NCBI RefSeq assembly: GCF_037042905.1
Contig: NC_087248.1
Location: forward strand, 1,860,001 to 1,924,000
DNA length: 64,000 bases
Direction: 5' to 3'
Source: Lytechinus pictus
Lineage: Eukaryota
Position numbers and translations under genes: made by a program. A model generated the notes under the pieces. That model was not told where the DNA came from. It ran no database searches and was given only the letters and a program-made list of their open reading frames with translations. This document shows, piece by piece, positions 25,298 through 37,886 of this stretch; position 1 is the stretch's first letter, and every line of letters starts with the position of its first letter.

Positions 25298-26474
25298 CCC
25301 GAGATGGCGACGGAATTCATGTCCGTACTGGCACACCCTTCTTGAGAGTGAGAATGAAAAGACTCATTCAAGACTTTCTTCTTGAAATGGAATCGGAAGA
25401 GCCAGACTCAGATGACGGAAATTCAAGAGAGAACTATCCCGAAGCTGGTCAGGCTAGTGTTAAAACATCAGAGGGGAACTCCTTTTGCAGAATTGTTGTA
25501 CAGCAATTGGGTTCTATCTCGGCTGATTGTGAGGAACAAGAGACAAGGAGCACTAAACGACTTAGTGGTACAGCAATCCCTGGAGGACAATTCGATAGAG
25601 CTGGAATATAGGTCACAGGCCTGATGGACGAGGGAGTCACAGGTGTGGAGCCATTTGGTGGGTGCACTTTGGCGGGCGTGCCGAAGCAGTTGCAGAACCA
25701 GTTGGCTGAGACTGTGCAGGATTTTCCAGTTGAATGTCGGGAATCGGTGCCAAGATCGTTTGAGAACTTCGGTAGTGTCTCACTTGAGAGCTGCTCGCTT
25801 GAGAAAGTAGATCATGTGCAGCAAGACAGCATGGAGCGTGAAACGGAAGAGGTACGACCATCCAAACAAGAGAGCAGAAGATATCTAGACCAGATGAACA
25901 GCGATGGAGGAAGGCGACAGAGATCACAGGCGGGTCGCATGAACAGGAGCCAGGGTGTTAAACTGAAAACCTGGTCATTTATTGGGGGTTATTTTGCCAC
26001 TTTTAGGTCAAGATAGGATTTTGTGAGAAATATAGGTCTACAGTCTTCAACACATCAGTTCCCATCCGGTTTCCTAAAAAAATCAGATTCCTTTGGCGCG
26101 GCGTTGCAGTGACTTCAAAATAAATATGATTACTAAGGGTGCGGTATATACCCGAGCGTTTTTTTTATACGACTGTCCGTCAGGAGTGGGTGCAATGGCT
26201 GACAATTCCATCAAAGCAGAAAAGGTGACCCTTAACCAAACTTGCACCTCTACAAAATATATTTATAAAGGGCTGTATCTAGAATCATCAGGAGCATAGT
26301 GACAAGAAATAAGGGTCCCGATCTCTTATAGCTTGGTCACAACTCGTCACGCATCTCCTTACGACCACACATGTTTTACCTGCTGCGAATTTGGTAGAAA
26401 ATCCTTGCGTCCTTAGGCAAGGGTCCACAATTTTTCATCAAGCATGCAATAGCATGCCTATGCATAATAATTAA

Positions 26475-26690
26475 AGGAGAAGTCCACCCCAACAAAAATT
26501 GATTTGCATAAAAAGAGAAAAATCCAACAAGCATATCACTGAAAAATTGGGTGTAAACTAAGACAGTTATGACATTTTCAAGTTTCGCATGACTCGAATT
26601 CACAAAACAATCTTGCACATCCTGGTCGATATGCAAATGAGTGGACTGATGACGTCACCAACTCATTATTCTTTTTTGATTTTACAATAT
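26475..26690 (+). mobile_element. Truncated, diverged Kolobok/T2-like MITE
   Basis: TTAA AGGAGAAGTCCACCCCAACAAAAA, colinear with the start of the 1204 copy. Confidence 0.75.
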
Positions 26691-26921
26691 GATTACTATG
26701 TATATTTCTTAAAGGAGATGGACTGAACTGCCAAAATAAAGGAAAAGTAGGGGATTACACTAAAATTCGCTTTGCAAGTAATTTTTGTTAATTCAAGGCA
26801 GCATTAGCCACAATGATGAGAAGGGAGAACTTTTCAAAAAGTGTCTATAAGAGGATGACATCTCATGGGGGGGGGGGGCTATTCTAATTTGTGAAATTAC
26901 ACAAAACTTGTGATAACAATC

Positions 26922-27257
26922 TAATTTTACATAGCGTTTAATAAATCGGAACAACGCTCTAAGCACTTTACATGTATATATTATTAACCCGGTCAACGGA
27001 TCCTTGCATGCCCGCATACAATGTATGTACTTTCTCCACTCTCTGGGGAGCATTCTAACAAGAGTTCCAAGACTCAATTGCTAGGCATACTACTTAGGTT
27101 TTCACATTCTACCGGGTACCCATTTACAACCTGGGTGGAGAGTGGCAAAGTGTGGATTAACGCCCTGCCAGAGGACGCTATATAGGCCATAGTGGGATTC
27201 GAATAGTCATGACCCTCTGATTACAAAACGAAAGTCAGAACCGCTAAACCACGGCGC
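26922..27257 (-). mobile_element. tRNA-derived SINE
   Basis: Minus-strand head GCGCCGTGGTTTAGCGG..TTCGAATCC; core GTAAATGGGTACCCGGTAG shared with the SINE at 45373. Confidence 0.8.
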
Positions 27258-27279
27258 TTGTATCTTTATACATCACCTG

Positions 27280-27434
27280 ACACGTATTGTTTTCACCAAG
27301 ATCACGAAATACGACGCCAGAGTTGAACCTTTTTCAGGCGTCGCTGATGCGTTACATAAGATCTTACAAGACTCCAACCAAGAGACACGCTGGAAAGTAG
27401 TCGCCCAACAAGTGGCATTTTTGACACATGCTAT
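27280..27434 (+). pseudogene. Isolated degraded copy of the NAALADase last exon
   Basis: Close match to 16472-16626; acceptor AG lost, 1-nt deletion, 3'-truncated. Confidence 0.92.
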
Positions 27435-29108
27435 ATATATTGACGCTACATTCTATACTATACCAGTGTTAAAATGGGTCACTCTGTCGTTTACCCCATT
27501 TTAAAAAAAGTCTAGTCCATCTCCTTTAAGAAATATACATGGGTATTACATAATATAGCATAAACTTATCAGGCATTCATGCTGCACACTGCATTAAAAT
27601 GAAAATATAATGTAAAACAGTGTAAAAATCTGATATTCTCTCAAAGAGTCATGTGTTATAAATCCGCGCTTATGGCGGGTGCGCGTTTCAATTCGTCGAC
27701 ATGGTTTAAAATGCATCATCGAGAATGAGTGAATAATGTGTAACTCAATGAATGATGATAATACCATTAATTTATGCTATTCGATATACATATATATATA
27801 TATATACTCATGATACATGAATTTACCATACAAATAATAAAGTAGATAGTAGAGGTATGGGGAAATTAATATGAAATATCCACACTTCATATCGTACTTA
27901 CCTATTGGGGAACTCACGCATAACGTGTCGACTATCTGACCCGCACAGTGAGATAATATTGTTTGGCAAGCATGTGATTTGTATACTCGCGATATGATAT
28001 GGGGTACGATTTGCTTTAATAAGCGGGCTCCTATTCGCTGGCCCGTACAAAGTTCATATAGACAGTATTTGACGTACAAATCTCTGGGCCTTCTTCACCC
28101 AATTTTCGACAAAAAATTTCTTTTAATATTTCAAGGTGTCAGGGCAGCGATAATATATTTTAGTTCCTGAACACGTGGATTTTTTATTTTAAGTAAAATA
28201 ATACAAGATTATTAGGGAATTGGATAATCGAGAAAGAGATGAGTTATAACTGACATTTTGTGTAATACTACGTTTCCAAGTGAGGTTAACATAACCAGAA
28301 ATACATAAATTTTGTCAGATTTTGGTAATATAACGTTGATTATGAATCAAGAATGTTAAATTAATTTCGTTTACCTATAATGAAGCAATATTCAATAAAG
28401 CAAAGTGACAGTTGCTCTAATGTTGCATTGATGTTTAAAAAAATATGACTAGGGTGCTTATTCAAAGTGACACAATGACCCTTTGAGCATGAGCATCACA
28501 ACGAATCATTTCTTATATAATGGATATTTACACTCTCTTTGCAAAATCAAAACAAACAACAGCATAATAGAGATGAAGAGACTTAGATATTAAATATAGA
28601 ATATAAATGTATGTTTGTAATATTATTAGTATTTATTCATCGATTTAAAAAAACAGCTACAGATTACATATCAACATAATAAAACATGAATGATAAAATA
28701 ATAGAATAATATATCACATTATTACGTTGGCAGAAATTATGCATTATTGCAATAATGTTTACACAATGTAGGCCTACATTCTAAATACATAATATATTCA
28801 AAATGAAAATATCACTATACTTGAAAATTAAGAAATATCAAAGAAAGATGCACTTTGCAAAAAAATCAAGAGAAAAAGTAAACTTAGAAAAGTGAGAGAG
28901 AGTCAGAAAAAAGAAGGAAAAGGATAAGAGAGAAGGGGGAGCCACAGAAAGAGAAACAAATATATGTAATTATAGCCAGAGGTAGCATGTCCACATCTGG
29001 TAATACAAAAAAATATAATACAATAAACATAGCCACTGCATGAATTGAACTAGAGTTTCTCTTCAAATGAAATTCCCACTTATATTATGAGTGATGTGAA
29101 ATTGTTAA

Positions 29109-30145
29109 AGGACAAGTCCATCCCAACAGAAGGTTGATTTCAATAAAAAGAGAAAAATCCAACAAGCACAACACTAAACATTTCATCAAAATCGGATGTA
29201 AAATAAAAAAACTTATGACATTTTTAAATTTCGCTTATTTTCACAAAACGTTTATCTGCACATCCTGGTCTGTATGCAAATGAGGGGACTGATGACATCA
29301 CTCACTCACTATTTCTTTTGTATTTTATTATCTGACATATGAAAAATTATATTTTTTCCCTCATAATCCTGTGAAACAATGTTTTTTTCCTCCCTGAGCA
29401 TGTGTAATTACCATTGCTTAAACACTTTATTGTTCAGTCAAGTTAGATAGATAGATAGATAGATAAATGGTTTATTAATAAAAATCAAGACATCATCGCG
29501 GCTAAGGCCGAATTGCGATGTATTCACTAGGTAATACATGTAAAGACACAAAAAATATTCAAACAATAACAAAGATAATTACAAAATAAATAATACGGAT
29601 AAAGTATGGTATTGAAACTACTTGTGTTGCGGAATTCTAGAAAGGAAAGAGATGGGGAGGAGGAGAGGCAGATAGAGAGAGAGGGGGTGGAAAGGGATAG
29701 AGAGAAAGAGAGGGGAGTGAAGGGAAGGAGTGGAGCAGAAAGTCAGAAGAAAAGAAGGTACAAACACTATGAAAGAGGTAAAAACATGAAGTTGTAAGGC
29801 TGCAAAATTTTACGTTAGAATAAACAAAGTTAGAAGAATTTGAAAGTAAAATATTATCCCTAACACATATTGGTATAGTGGTCATATTGCCAAATCTGTA
29901 AAAACTGAAATATTGAAAATTCAAACAACAAAAAACAAAAGAAATAGTGAGTGCGGGACATTATTGACTTTCATATTTGCATGTCACTGAATCGTGCATA
30001 TAATTGTTTCGTGAAAAATAAGCAAAATTTTAAAATGTCATAACTTTCTTATTTTACATCCGATTTTGATGACATTTTCAGCATTATGCTTGTTTGACTT
30101 TTTTCTATTGATTTAAATCAAAATTTTTCTGGGTGGACTTGACCT
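29109..30145. mobile_element. Kolobok/T2-like MITE with a nested ~430-bp retroposed insert (~29445-29880, minus strand)
   Basis: TTAA-flanked termini as at 1204; the insert ends on the minus strand in AATAAA plus a (TATC)n tail. Confidence 0.8.
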
Positions 30146-30239
30146 TTAATATATCAGACAGATTAATGAAAATACAAAACAATGTAAAAAAATTTAGCAA
30201 ACATTGGCTTTATTTAGCACGTCAAGTTTATAAGATCCC

Positions 30240-30900
30240 AAATAAAAATACATTTGATAAATAAACATTACATGATTCAAACATGTCAATTGTGGTCAAG
30301 GTAAACCTCTTCTCTTGTAACATTATTAAGTTCAGTTTATTTTCATTTAACATTGACAGGAATTGGACTAGAACTATATCTGTCAGTACGACAATTGACT
30401 TGTATCAGCCATGTCTGGTATCATCATGTCACTGTTTTTATTCCTCAAATACCATCTACTCTTCCCTTTCTTTAGAGAGCCAATGACCAGACTTCAAGAG
30501 GGACTCGCCAAAGTTAAGACATCTTTGAGACATTGCGTCTGCTCTCTAAGGTCTCCAGGTTGGTTTGCTGGAATGCACTTTCGTAATTTTGGTAAGAATT
30601 TCCCAGAACCTACTTTAGAATAGCACTATTTTTTTTTTACTTTTTCGATGGCAATAGTATGTGATTTTGTTAGGATCGAATACCATACTGGTACACCATG
30701 TTCCAGAAACGGACGAACGTATCCTTTTTATATAGATTATATACTGCGTGGAAGTTTTATTTGGCGTCAAGTAGCATTTGACAGATAAAGAAGTCCTTTA
30801 ACGTGACAGATAACTTTACTCCAAACTGGTAATCTGGTAATCATAATACACGTCTTCGGATATTGTCTCAAAATACGTTAAAGATGGAGATAAACTTGTT
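30240..30900 (-). mobile_element. Decayed LINE RT C-terminal fragment
   Basis: Minus-strand KGYVRPFLEHGVPVWYS (~30677-30728) resembles the VRPxLEY..VW LINE motif; boundaries approximate. Confidence 0.6.
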
Positions 30901-31710
30901 CCCTTTTTTAATTTGTATTCAACAATCACTAAACGTGTCAAACTACTTTGACGCCAGTTCACTTTGCACATACTCTTATCAAATGTCCCCTGTTTCCAGG
31001 AACATTGATGATAATTTGAGGCTTACGATAAAATTATAATTTTATGGTGTTATAATGTACTGTGCAAAAATGTATTAACATTTATTTAGGTTTGGTGTAA
31101 GCAACCACTCTTTAGAAAGAAACATGATTATTTTTCGATTTTCAGATTATCTTCTTGTCAGTCTATTTACCATCAGTCAGACAAATACTATGTTAATAAT
31201 AAAAAAAAGCAGGTTATAGACATTTCTTATAGCTAAACGGATGATCATCAGCTTACTTTAAAATAGTTTCAGATCCATTATATTATTATGGGATATATAT
31301 TCCTCAACGATAATCGTCAATTTTGTTTAGACAAAAAATGTCATCACTCCAATCACACTTCTTTGACATTAGGGTGTAGTGTACTTTTCAGATTATTTCC
31401 TTCAGCAAATCTGCAACTGCCCTGTACAGAAGTCCTCACTCTTCACAATTCTTCAAAGTCTGCTGTTGGATCCGTCAATTTTTGGTAATCATCGTAATTA
31501 ATAGCTAGTTAGCATTCTTGATGTACTGTTAGTGTTATTATAGGTTTTGGTAATGGAAGTTATATATAAGATTAAGATTTCCCATTACTTGCAATCGATT
31601 TCATGTTAGGAGGATTAAAGCTAGGGGAAACTGTGTGATTGATTCGTCGATATTAGGCTACAGGTATTTGTACTTGTATGATTTTGCTGCTTTGATTTTC
31701 TTTATCAATT

Positions 31711-33099
31711 CTACGCTGAACTATAATCGTTGCTATATGTGTCACTACTTCTGCTCATCCAGCTCTTCAAAGAATTTGATGTAGATGGGCAAATATTATC
31801 TGCATAATCATAAACTTCGTTTTGCATTTCCGCAATATTTCTGTCTGTAAATACATTCGATCTAGGAATTTCATACATGGAATCACTCAAAGATACAGTC
31901 TCTATTTGTCCACACTCCTCTTCACAAATATTTCCAGCACTGTCTGGTGTGTTCTTTTTCAACACCTTTAAAACCACGCAAGATACGAGCGCCACTGTGC
32001 AAGCAATAACAATCACTACGATCACGACTCCACCCACAACTATTGCAATTACGTGATGAACATGAAGAATCTTCCTTTCATTAGCATTGAACGTTGGGGT
32101 CATCGATGTTGAATATGATCCTCTGAGTTGGGGCTTTTCTGACCAATTCCGGGCTGTTGTTGGTTGCAAAGTCACTGCAGAAGAAGCGTTATCCATATTC
32201 AAATGACTCATTTCATCTTTGGAATCCTGATGAAGATTATTTGAACTCAAAATTGTATCAGTTTGGTGTATTGTGAATTCCCTTTGTCCCAAAGAAATTG
32301 ATTCTCGAACTGCATCAGGTTTTATATTTTGTGAACATGGTGGTTCACACGTTTGAGTCGAGATTGGTGGAGTGATTGTCCCGGTATCAGTAATGAGCAC
32401 CGTGGAATGTTTCATTTTAAGAGGTTCAATGATACACTCGAGCTGTTTACCAGGAAATTCAACTTCACTGGTTACTATGCAGGCGATTTCATGAAAATAC
32501 AGTTCACGTGTCATTAGAATCTGTTGGGTTAAAACTTTAAATTGGCCTTCAGTAGCTGAATTCGTAGCAACGGTATTATCATAAAACACTCTGCTCTGAT
32601 TCCATCCGATATCAACAGGCGGGTTGCAAGATTTCACCAGACATCGAAACGTAATAATTTGGTTTATCTCTGTACTCATACCATCATGGTCGCAGTGTAT
32701 ATCTTCCTTCGTTGGAAAACACTGTACAAAGGCCCAAGCGCTCCTTGAATCGTAACAATCTTCATTTGCACGATCAATGACATAACAAGTGACAAATCTG
32801 TCCCTTCCTCTGATCGTGTTCAGTAAGAGTGTAGATGTTAATAAGTTATCATTTCCAGAATCTTCTGTTTTCTTTGCGTTATGTACACTGGGAATAACAC
32901 TCCATTTCACAGTATGCGATTCTTTATTAACGTTTCTCAATGAGCAACTGAAAGTAGCACTATTACCTTCTGTTACCTGTATATTACTCGGTTGAACAAA
33001 AAAATCATGAGATGTGCAAATGTGATCTGAATAAACCACCGGAATATATGAAAGCGACAGTATGGACATACTAAATGTAGCAACTAAGTGCCAATCCAT
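31711..33099 (-). CDS. Intronless type I membrane receptor: two Ig domains, S/T-rich stalk, TM, Tyr-motif tail (subfamily B), 462 aa
   Basis: Signal peptide; FFVQPSNIQVTEGNSATFSC..W..C; FRC..NPPVDIGW..IAC; long hydrophobic TM; tail with MYEIP, VYDYA, TYSNDY. Confidence 0.88.
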   Translation of the reverse strand: MDWHLVATFSMSILSLSYIPVVYSDHICTSHDFFVQPSNIQVTEGNSATFSCSLRNVNKESHTVKWSVIPSVHNAKKTEDSGNDNLLTSTLLLNTIRGRDRFVTCYVIDRANEDCYDSRSAWAFVQCFPTKEDIHCDHDGMSTEINQIITFRCLVKSCNPPVDIGWNQSRVFYDNTVATNSATEGQFKVLTQQILMTRELYFHEIACIVTSEVEFPGKQLECIIEPLKMKHSTVLITDTGTITPPISTQTCEPPCSQNIKPDAVRESISLGQREFTIHQTDTILSSNNLHQDSKDEMSHLNMDNASSAVTLQPTTARNWSEKPQLRGSYSTSMTPTFNANERKILHVHHVIAIVVGGVVIVVIVIACTVALVSCVVLKVLKKNTPDSAGNICEEECGQIETVSLSDSMYEIPRSNVFTDRNIAEMQNEVYDYADNICPSTSNSLKSWMSRSSDTYSNDYSSA

Positions 33100-33779
33100 A
33101 ATGGATGCTGCAGTAACGATAGTGGCTATTCCATGTTCAAATCTATCGAAATGTCAGTGATGTGAAGATATCGTTACATGCATGCCCCTTTTTTATTCAA
33201 TTGCTATCATTACAAAAAAGGAGAAAAACATGATTAAGCTTCGAAGGTGTAGCAATTGTCCCTCTATACTCAAGAAAGTTTTGATTGCCATCAGTCATTT
33301 AGAGTGCATGTTCTTCATCGTTAAGATGAACAAGTGCTTGTCATAACCTCTTTAAAGGCCGAGAACAGGGAAGACTGTCTCTTAAATTGACTTACACATT
33401 AATTCTCATACAAATTACAAACAGAAATGATGGAAGAGAAGGCGACGTTGATTAAGTTCCGATAAAATATTTATTCACCCTTTCTTGATGGTAGAAAGAT
33501 TGTAAGAATTACTGAAGAAGCACAAATATGAAATATCGATGAGAAGTATACAAGTGAAGAAATATGAATAACAATTATATGAAGCTATAGGACCCCTATG
33601 TTTACCGACATGGGATGGGCCAGGAGAACAAACTGTGTGATATATGCGGGATGGAGCGGTAGCTCAACTCCCCACATCTCTCTAATATCCATTTTGTACA
33701 AATGTATTTATACTCTGGACTTGATATGTGACTCACATTGTTCTACTATTACAATAATAATGACAAGTTTTATTGTTAG

Positions 33780-34400
33780 ATCAAGTTTATTTATTTAAAA
33801 CGAAAAACATCACATCACATACATTTGACGTGTATTATAGAACTAACTGTCTAAAATGCAGCATTACGGATCTGCGTTTGAAGACATTAACATATTGAAG
33901 GTTAAAATGGTGTTGTAAACAGGGACCCTTACTCCTTGTATACCTAATTGAAATATTTGCCTCAACAGTTTCTTGAAAGTAGCCACTGCAGGTGCCGACA
34001 CAACTTCGCATGGAAGTCTGTTCCACAGCTGATGGACCCCTATATTACTAAAAAAGTGGTCCGATAGTTCAGTTCTAGAACGTCTTTTAGCACAATTTTC
34101 TGGAATTACCTCTAAAACATTGTCAAGTTGAAAGGAGAACGTTTGAGCTGAATTCCCATAATACCCATTCAGAGTTTTTCACATTCAAATAAAATATTCT
34201 TTAATTCTCCTCTCCTCTTCTCCAAAGACTTTGATGTGATTCGCTTGTTACCGAGACGTAATGATTTGATCGTTATGATTGTTCTCGTCATTCCAAGGTT
34301 TAGATATATACTCGGAATCAGTATTTCACAAATTGGTTTTCTGGCTAGGTTAAATGAAGTTTCCTCTTTATGAAATACTATTAATACCTTTTTGATCTCC
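33780..34400 (-). mobile_element. Decayed LINE 3' fragment
   Basis: Minus-strand YRGP / LWNRLP (frameshifted, ~34010-34045) and AATAAATAAAC tail; boundaries approximate. Confidence 0.5.
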
Positions 34401-34854
34401 AGATGCACTGTTTAAGAAAAAAAATGTTTTTTTTCCTAAATGCTAAAGGTTAATGAGTGATCTAAAGCAGATACGAACCAATAGCGCCATCTCGAGTCCT
34501 CAACTACTCATACCTGGCCAGTTTCCTGACCCATAACGCTAGTGTAGTCTAGTAATATAGACCCACTTCAATGATAACATGCTAATTAACTACTCAATAC
34601 ATTTATACCGCAATATATGTTACCAAGTAGCAAAAAAATTACATTTTAGTTTCTCTATACAAATACAATTATAGGTCAATTTATTCTCTGTAGTATTAGT
34701 AGATTTATGAAAACGTATATTTTAATACTATGTATTTATAACATACAGTCAGTGAGAGACCACACACAGTTCACTCCCTCTCTAAAACAAATATTTCGCA
34801 CATTTCAGATCCTGAAAACGACGATAGATCTCTCTAAAATACCATGGTTGAACG

Positions 34855-37200
34855 CAGGGGCGGAAATCTCTCCCAAAAGGTAGGGGGGACACAGGGGCGG
34901 ATCCAGCCTTCGCCAATAGGGGGGGGGGCGGAAATTTGTTTCAGCCATATTTTCCCCGATCGGCAGCACGAAGATGATTTTTGTTTGTTTCTTTGAAAGG
35001 GTAGTCCTCATTAGTCACTTCTTAGCTTTATTCTTATAAATTAATATATAATCCTTATTTATATGATGCGAGCTCGAAGCGCAAGCTAATTTTTTTTGGA
35101 AATTTTATGTATTTTTTCCTAAAATTTGAACTGATTCTGGGCAATGTTTGTTATCCTGAAAAAGATGTGTATGCAACTTAATAATTTCTACGAACGCAAC
35201 GCGCGAGCAGAAATGAACTGATGGAAAAGATACCTGTTAAAGTAGCATTTAACAATCAAATAATGCGAGCCCGAAGCGCGAGCTGATTTTTTTTTTACAT
35301 TTTCACCTAAAGAATGGAAATTCTAAGCACTTTTTGTAACTCAGGCTGAATAGGTATATAAGTAAACAATTAATGCGAGCGCGAAGCGCGAGCGGAAAAT
35401 TTTGAGATTTAGTCCTATAATATTTACTGAACGAGACACTCTATTTATGTTTTGTAAATCCTGAAAAGGATGAGTATTAATAATGCGAGCGCAAAGCGCG
35501 AGCAGAAATTTTTTATATACGTTTTGAACTGGTACCTGTTGAAAAGGTACCTGTTAAGGACTGCTTGCACTTAGCCATGAAGGCGTATTTCATATTTCAT
35601 ATTTCATATTTCAACAATAAAAAAATGCGAGCACGAAGCGCGAGCTGAAAAATTTTGAACTTTCTAAAGAAAGAATGGAAAATTTTAATCAGTTTTTGTA
35701 ATCGTGAACAGGATAACTATATAATTTAACGATTGATGCGAGCGCGAAGCGCGAGCAGAATTTTTTTTCGAGATTTAGACCTAAAAATGGGCCACTCTGT
35801 TCATGTTTTGTAAATCATCAAAAGGATGAGTAATATGGGGTGTTCCTACATTAATAATGCGAGCAGAAAAATTTTGATATTGTGATCTGAAACTGGATAA
35901 TGATTTAAATTAGAGAGCAAGTTGAGTATCTGAATAAACATGCGCGAGCGTGTTTCATATTTAGACCTATAATCTAGGCATTCTAAATACAACTTTAATC
36001 ATGAAAATCATGAAACTTTGATATTCCGATCTGAAAAAAGAGTAAATTTCAGCTTCATATTTCAAGCACTTTGTAGAAAAATTGTAATGTCGATATGGAT
36101 CGCACTTAAAAAAGAGCTGATATTATTATTACTTTGAGTTTTGACAAAGGAGCGGGACATCCTTACGACATGACATCATATGAAAATGATGACTATCTTC
36201 CTATTCCTCTTGCTAAGCGCGAGATGAAATAAAAGGGACAATTCAATTATTAAATCAATATCATATTTATTAATGCCTAATGAAGACGCAAAATCTGATG
36301 ATATCATGGCATAAAAGCTGGACATTTCACTTTTGTGATTATGAATAGGATGCATCAGTTAATATATTTTTAACCATTAATGCGAGCGCAAATCGCGAGC
36401 TAAATTTTTTGATAAACTGTCATGAAAAGGGGATTTTAAGTAGTTTGTTTTATAATCAATATTTAAACATTTATATAACTCGCCAATGAAAATGCGAGCG
36501 TACAGCGCGCTAGCTGATACGTCTTGACAATCAGACCTGAAAAGGGATATTTTGAAAACTTTATGGAGTATACGAAAATAATAGGTACCTGATAAATCAA
36601 AATTTGCGAGCGCGCAGCGCAAGCAGCAAATGTTAACATTCAGACCATAAAACTTCCATTTTTACAGAGCTCTTTTTAAAAACCAATTTGTAAATTACAC
36701 AAATTAATGAAAGTTCGATTTCCGAGGTGAAATATGTTTTGTATATTGACTTCCAAATTTGATATTCGAACTCCATATTGAACAAGATATGTAAATCACC
36801 TCACAGGCAATGCGAGCGTGAAGCGCGAGCGAAAATCTTATATCGTCGTCCTTCTCTTCTTTTTCTCCTCTCTTTTCCCTCCTTTTTTCCTTCCTTCCTT
36901 CTTTCTTTCCCTTTTTCTTTTTTGCTCCGCCAAGAGGGGGGGAGGGGGGGGCCCTCGGCCCCCTGGATCCGCCTATGGGGACAAGGTGCGGGAAAATTTG
37001 ACAAGCAAAAAAAAAGGTTATCATCGCCAAAGTAAGGTCATCTCGTCCCAAAATACATGTTTTATTTCGATTTAGAATGATGTATTTCTTACCATAATAA
37101 AAGATCAAAAATAGTAGGGGGACATTTGATATTGTGCCCCCCCTACTATTTTTAGTAGGGGGGACACGTCCCCCCTGTCCCCCCTGTGATTTCCGCCATG
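34855..37200. mobile_element. hAT-like non-autonomous element splitting a pseudo-exon, with nested element 34892-36977
   Basis: GTTGAACG duplicated (34847-54, 37201-08); ends CAGGGGCGGAAATC / GATTTCCGCCATG; nested ends CAGGGGCGGATCCAG / CTGGATCCGCCTATG flanked by GGGACA. Confidence 0.85.
35060..36835 (+). repeat. Degenerate ~110-bp tandem array with conserved core ATGCGAGCGCGAAGCGCGAGC
   Basis: About 13 recognisable cores; same family at 7380-7990, 49690-50320 and reversed at 55060-55940. Confidence 0.85.
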
Positions 37201-37886
37201 GTTGAACGAAAGCCAGATGATCCGGAACAAAAAGAAATTTAATATGTATTTTGCATAAATTGAGAAAAACCTTGAATTCTTCACCACTGATTTGATATTT
37301 CTAATAAGAAAGACCCAATCTTGTCCATTGAATTCCTCATTCTCAATTAATCTTATAAGAAAGACCAAGTTTCGTGTATTAACCCTATGCTGAGACGTGC
37401 AGAACTGCTCTATTGTGGAATCACACCCCTCCTCTTGTGTCCGAGGAAAGCATTTTAATTGGCCCGAAGTACACCAATGAATATCGGAGCCACTCCCTGT
37501 CAAGACGTAATCCCTTTATTGACAGCTCAACCACTGATGCATGCATCGATGAAGAGGGAAAGCTCGACCTTTTGCTGATGAACCAAGCGTTACGTTAACA
37601 ACAATGGAGATTTCCAACCTTTTGTCGCGGCTCTCTATTTATTTTAAGCAGGATTAGCACTTGAACTGAGAGCAAGGACTCCTATATTGTTCACACGGTT
37701 TATTCATCCAGCGTGCATTGCAAAATAATTAGAGACACGGTCGTCCGTCGGCTGTATTTTCCCCCGTTACCTCACTGACTTTAAATTTTCTGGAATTTTC
37801 GAACTTATTTTTATTATTATTTTTTTTTAAATACCCCCACAGTCATCTACTCGTCTTATATGTGACTGTATCATAGGCTCCCCTAA

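Noticed and set aside
31443-31500. Extra Tyr-motif peptide (NYDDYQKL) downstream of the 462-aa ORF
   Set aside because: Short frame bounded by stops with no splice evidence; could be chance or a decayed tail.
35060-36835. CRISPR-like appearance (palindromic repeat with spacers)
   Set aside because: Spacers are ~90 bp and related to each other, the context is eukaryotic, and there are no cas genes; this is a TE-internal tandem array.
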